From the NCBI GenBank assembly GCA_964016885.1, contig OZ024742.1:283402001-283466000 (forward strand): 64,000 nt of DNA, in the 5' to 3' direction. Below are positions 55,568 through 64,000 of this stretch, in pieces. The stretch is from Eledone cirrhosa (Eukaryota). The notes beneath the pieces are model-generated. The model ran no database searches. It saw only the letters and a program-made list of their open reading frames with translations, and was not told where the DNA came from. The translations under genes were made by a program, and so were the position numbers. Position 1 is the first letter of the stretch; every line of letters starts with the position of its first letter.

Positions 55568-55684
55568 GTTTGTTTGGCAGCATAGTCATGCCGCAATTTC
55601 CTTTTTCGATTTCTTTCTTCATTTATCATGCAAGAAAATTTATCAACGATTAGTATCAATTTCACATTGTCATACATATGACAA

Positions 55685-55705
55685 TCTATATATATAAAAG
55701 TGAGG

Positions 55706-55744
<39 letters not shown>

Positions 55745-56351
55745 CTAAAACGGTCGGCACACATCTCCTCCTAAACCGTACGTTCAAATTTCGGTGAAAT
55801 TGCTACACTTATAGATGAAGGTCCGGCGGAGACATCGGTCAAAAACATTTTCAAATCGACCCACGCCAAGTGCAAAAATCAAATTTGTAATATATTGATT
55901 TTTCAGTTCAAATGTATAAATAGAGGTGAGAGACGAGTTATTTCCCTTTTATGGCGTCATTTGTTTATTTATTTACGTTACGAGGTAACGCTTTTTTTTT
56001 TTTTTTTTTTTTTTTTTTCATGTCCATCCAATTGCTTTGTTTCAAAATAACTGATAGTTTGGTTACGCTAATGTTTTTCTCTGAGACAAGTGTTGCAGTG
56101 TTTACATTTTCGATTTGTTTTAATAGATTACCGGTGCAGTTTTTATCCCCAGCATCCTCTTTTGTTTTAACATTCGGGTTATGGTTATGTTTTCTTAACT
56201 TCATAAGGCATGGTTGAGGGCATATTAATCAAAAGTACCACATGAAAGTCTACACTGTAGACTACAGTTTTTAAGCCAAGAAAGGAACTTAACATTGTAA
56301 CTTTAACACAGCTACTGAGCAGCCCCGAGCAACGCCGGGCTTTACTGCTAG
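55685..56351 (+). mobile_element. Non-autonomous Helitron (~670 bp)
   Basis: 5' TCTATATATATAAAAG with (GTCT)n, 3' cccgagcaacgccggg hairpin plus CTAG, A/T target. Confidence 0.88.
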
Positions 56352-57096
56352 TATTCCATAAAATATTATTACGAAATCCATTGTACTATCGAACTATTAT
56401 AGTATGTATACATACAGTTGACATATTTCTATATCAACACTAACATCAAGCATAACATTTTTTTTTTTTTTTTTTTGCTGTTTAATCATTGAGGGAAGGG
56501 CGATGCTCATGACTCTTTCCTGGATTTCCAAGACTGATGGGAGGGAAAGAGGAAAGTATCTTCAAACTGAAGACATGGTGCAAATACTTGCAACAGAGTG
56601 GACTCCGCTTAAATGCACCCATATGCCATGTGGTGATGTTAAAGCAGGCGATAAATTAAGACTAAATAAATATACATTTATGAATAACTTCATTGGAAAT
56701 TTGATCGCAATCCGACTATCAGCATGTCAACTAAGTCAGTCAATGATTTCACTGGGCCAGTAACAGATCCACAGATTCACTTGTTTAACTGGCACAACCA
56801 GCAGCCCACTTTCTTATAACCTCTTTTTGTATCATTTTATTCCAGTTAGGGTTAAAATTACTTTGTTTTAAATTCTCCCTCTACCATTATTACTTCGGTA
56901 TTAGTACCAGAAAATTTATTCCAACATCAAAGTATACAGACGATACACACATACACTCATGCATACATGTATGTATGTGTGTATGTGTGTATGTATGTAT
57001 GTATATGTGTATGTATGTATGTATATATGTATGTATGTATGCATGTATGTATGTGTGTATGTATGTATGTATGTATGTATGTATGTATGTATGTAT

Positions 57097-57694
57097 TTAG
57101 TCGCCAACGACCCGACCATGAGACAGGTTGTACTGGGATACATGTTACCAGTAGCACCAACTGGTAACATGTATCCCAGTACAACCTGGGTGAGGAGGGT
57201 GACTTTGGACATCCTGCAGGACTAAAAACAAAACCTGTCAAAGGGCAAAGGAGCTCTTAAGAGTCAATGGCCATCCAAAATCACCGAGAGAGATGACCCC
57301 TTAGCCTTTGTCAAGGCAGAATTCTAGGAGAAGGAAAACTCTGATATAACACCTGCAACCCTGATGGTATCCAATGATGTTGACTTGTTCTTCTTTTTGG
57401 TAAATATCATCTTGGTTAAGAGAGTGGGACTGGCTTTGTGCAGTGCCTTTGCTCACTATAAAAGCTTCACGGCACAGGCATTACTTTATATCTGGAGATC
57501 TCTCTGCACTTGTCGTCACATGGTACCATGGGCCCAGCACTGTGTCAATAATTGTCACAAGTGTAATGTTTGTACCTGAGTTTTCAAGTCGCTGGCTGGA
57601 CTAAAAAGTCACACTCGTTCAGCGCATCGGTAGGAGTTCTCCTACATGGATATAAAGTAGTGGCCGTACTCGAAAACGAGTTGGCAGCCACCAT
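57097..57694 (+). mobile_element. RTE-associated non-autonomous element with inverted 5' segment
   Basis: 57097-57151 is the reverse complement of LINE 2517-2571; forward head from 57160; body equals 12685-13137. Confidence 0.85.
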
Positions 57695-57718
57695 GTATGT
57701 ATGTATGTATGTATGTAT

Positions 57719-58095
57719 GTCAGGCCATTTTGAGTACTACTGGTAACATGTAACGCAGTACAACCTGTCGCATGTTCGGGTCGTCGACGACTAAACCGGC
57801 AAACATGCAGCGTCTGTTCGAGACTCTGCCTCAGCAAAGCCGGACTTGAAAGTCATCTTCGCAGTCATAAAGTGAGACCAGTGTTGACTACCGGGTAGAT
57901 GCTACTCATCATACCTGCCAAGCATGTGGAAGAGAGTGTAGATCAGCAGGAGGGCTCAAACGACATGCAAAAGTACATGAAATCCAACCACAGCCGGCTG
58001 TTGCCAGTGAATCTTTCGGTTCCCAACTCTTTTGGTTGCCAACATTTTAGATCATTAGCTGAGCTAAAAAGACACATTCGATCGCAGCACCATTA
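57719..58095 (+). mobile_element. RTE head fused to RTE 3'-type C2H2-like remnants
   Basis: Head variant at 57719-57803 followed by CSVCSRLCLSKAGLESHLRSH and FRSLAELKRHIRSQH. Confidence 0.55.
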
Positions 58096-58206
58096 ATTGT
58101 TAATATATATGTGTGTATATGTATGTGTGTGTATGTATGTGTGTGTGTATGTATATGTATATCTATATGTATGTGTGTATATATGTGTATGTGCATGTAT
58201 GTATAT

Positions 58207-58568
58207 TAGGGTGGCCCTAATATACATAAGATTTTGAAGTTTTCGCGCAGAAAGTCATTTTTTCAGATAACAGTTTTTATCTTTTATATAATTTTCCCTT
58301 AAATTGTTCAGACTTATTCTTGGTATTAGAAGGATAAGTGACAATAAATATAATGGGGAAGGCAACTTGCAAAGCTGGGGACCGAGCGCAGGTATAGGGC
58401 AAACACCTATTTTTCGCTGTGGGAGCAACAACATTTTTACTTTCTGAAAATTACCTATTGCTAAGGGCCACCCTAATATACCGTATGTGGTTGACAGCTG
58501 AGAGAAATGAGTACTCGGTATTGAATAATATATATGTATATATATATATTACATATATACATATATAC

Positions 58569-58608
<40 letters not shown>

Positions 58609-58625
58609 CATATATACATATATAC

Positions 58626-58681
<56 letters not shown>

Positions 58682-58698
58682 CATATATACATATATAC

Positions 58699-58773
<75 letters not shown>

Positions 58774-58780
58774 TACATAT

Positions 58781-58849
<69 letters not shown>

Positions 58850-60412
58850 GTGTATATATATATACCCTCCTTACTATCCTTGCTTTCATATTTCTCATTG
58901 TATTGGTATATAAACAAGTACATAGAGGAGAAGGAGAGCAGGGAGAGGAGAAGGAGAGCAAGGAGAGCAAGGATAAAAGGCGAGCAAGGAGAGCAGGGAT
59001 AAAAGGAGAGCAATGAGAGCAATGAGAAAAGGAGAGCAATCAGAGGAAGGAGAGCAATGAGAGCTAGGATAAAGGGAGAGCAAGGATAAAGGGAGAGCAA
59101 GGAGAGCAATGAGAAAAGGAGAGCAAGGATAAAAGGAGAGCAATCAGAGGAAGGAGGGCAAGGATAAAGGGAGAGCAAGGAGAGTAAGGATAAAAGGAGA
59201 GCAAGGAGAGCAAATAGAAAGGGAGAACAAGGATAAAGGGAGAGCAAGGAGAGCAATGAGAAAAGGAGGGCAAGGAGTGCAAGGATAAAAGGATAGCAAT
59301 GAGAAAAGGAGAGCAATCAGAGGAAGGAGAGCAAGGATAAAGGGAGAGCAAGGAGAGTAAGGATAAAAGGAGAGCAAGGAGAGCAAATAGAAAAGGAGAA
59401 CAAGGATACAGGGAGAGCAAGGAGAGCAATGAGAAAAGGAGAGTAAGGAGAGGGAGGAAAAAAGGAGAGCAAGGGGAGCAAGGATAAAAGAAGAACAAGG
59501 AGAGGGAGGGGGAAGGAGAGCAAGGAGAGCAAAGAGAGCTAGGAGAAAAGGAGAGCAAGGTAAGGTTAAGACAAATATTGCTCAAGTTATGCTGGAAGCA
59601 GACAAAGGTGAAGAAGAGGAAGAAGAAAAAAATCAACTGAAGAGGTACATTCTGCACCAAAATGACTTTTCTTCCTTTGCAAACATCGAGTTTTCGTCTT
59701 TTGTAACTCCTGGTACAAAAACTTTCTTCACAAGATTTTCTATCAGCACCGATTTGCTCGACAAAGACCCTTCAACATGGAAGGATGATCCTGGTTACAT
59801 AAGTGGACTTGAAAAACTTGAGATGATAGTTGTGAATGATGTTGCAGAAAGAGGTGTCATTCAGTATTACACTAACATTCTCAGAAACAATTTGTTTTAC
59901 AGATCGTTACCGAAAACCGTAAAACATACCCAACTGCCACTAAATCCTCTCTTATGCAAAAATAATGTTCAATATTCAGTGTTCAGTGTTCACATTATGT
60001 TTTTGATTCTATAGAAATTATTGTTGTAAATAAAAATGTGTTTCTCTTTTTCTCTTATAGAAGTGCTTTATTAAGAAAACCTAATATTTCTAAGTTTTTC
60101 ATGTTATTTCAGGAATTTTTCAAATTAACTATTGGTAAATTTGATTCAGAACGTTTTTAAACATTTGCTAGGGTTGCCTAGATGTGTCCACATAAATTTC
60201 TTTAAGAAGAAACGTGAAAATGGTCGAGATAGGGAACAGTATACCGCTTTTGAAGAGAATTAATCGTTGCGTATACTATGTTCCAGCTTCAAGGCGTTTG
60301 AGGGTCGCCTAACAGTTGTCCGATTGAGCCCGTGCTTTTGTTCATTGAAACAAGATTAGAGGGTGGGGGCAGCAACATTTTAACTTTCGGATAATTACCT
60401 ATTGCCACCCTA
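58207..60412 (+). mobile_element. hAT-like (hATm-type TAGGGTG termini) element or MITE plus transposase remnant
   Basis: TAGGGTGG at 58207, CCACCCTA at 58468-58475 and 60405-60412; ATGTATAT on both outer flanks; transposase C-terminal VVNDVAERGV at about 59830-59860. Confidence 0.6.
58925..59560. repeat. Purine-rich minisatellite built on GGAGAGCAA / GGATAAA modules
   Basis: Directly visible modular repeats. Confidence 0.9.
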
Positions 60413-60681
60413 ATGTATATATATTTTTTTTTTTTCGTGCCATGGCTAAACTCGATAACGAGGGGGCAGCCATCATATATGCATATATTTATATGTGTGT
60501 TTGTGTGTGTGTATTGATACATACACAAAGAAAATCTAGGTGATCGCTCGATCTACTTGAAATAGCTGTCAAATCTTCCTCAAAACATCCTATCGTCTTG
60601 AATACATACGCACACGCACTCACGCACACATACATATATGTATATATTCACACACACATACATACATACATACTTACATAC

Positions 60682-64000
<3,319 letters not shown>

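Noticed and set aside
56470-56763. Possible next NompC exon after exon K
   Set aside because: No ankyrin motif or convincing acceptor in any frame; the next exon likely lies beyond 64000.
58768-59660. Leu/Ser/Pro-rich membrane-like ORFs on the minus strand
   Set aside because: Translation of the GGAGAGCAA minisatellite.

Overview
Repeat-rich animal genomic DNA, most likely a coleoid cephalopod (Octopus-like) judging from the dense (TA)n/(CA)n microsatellites and the SINE families; the taxon is an inference. The window appears to lie inside one + strand host gene, a TRPN/NompC mechanosensitive channel. I read 11 GT-AG coding exons (23299-55567, 1251 nt, 417 aa, about 12 ankyrin repeats), all in phase 0 and mostly missed by the ORF track. 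No further exon was found in 1-23298 or 55568-64000. The introns hold decayed mobile elements: an RTE/RTEX LINE, an L1/Tx1 LINE, a mariner, a full-length but broken Helitron plus two non-autonomous Helitrons, two Penelope-like elements (PLEs), a hAT-like element, many tRNA-derived SINEs and three large simple-sequence arrays. The most unexpected signal is a dispersed, sequence-diverse set of type I (mostly minimal) hammerhead ribozymes in short (TA)n-flanked elements and long palindromes. Solo intact-looking copies all lie antisense to the host gene, while the sense copies are all masked by an upstream complementary arm. All long ORFs over microsatellites and satellites are judged artefacts. 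No prokaryotic features (CRISPR, operons) are present.
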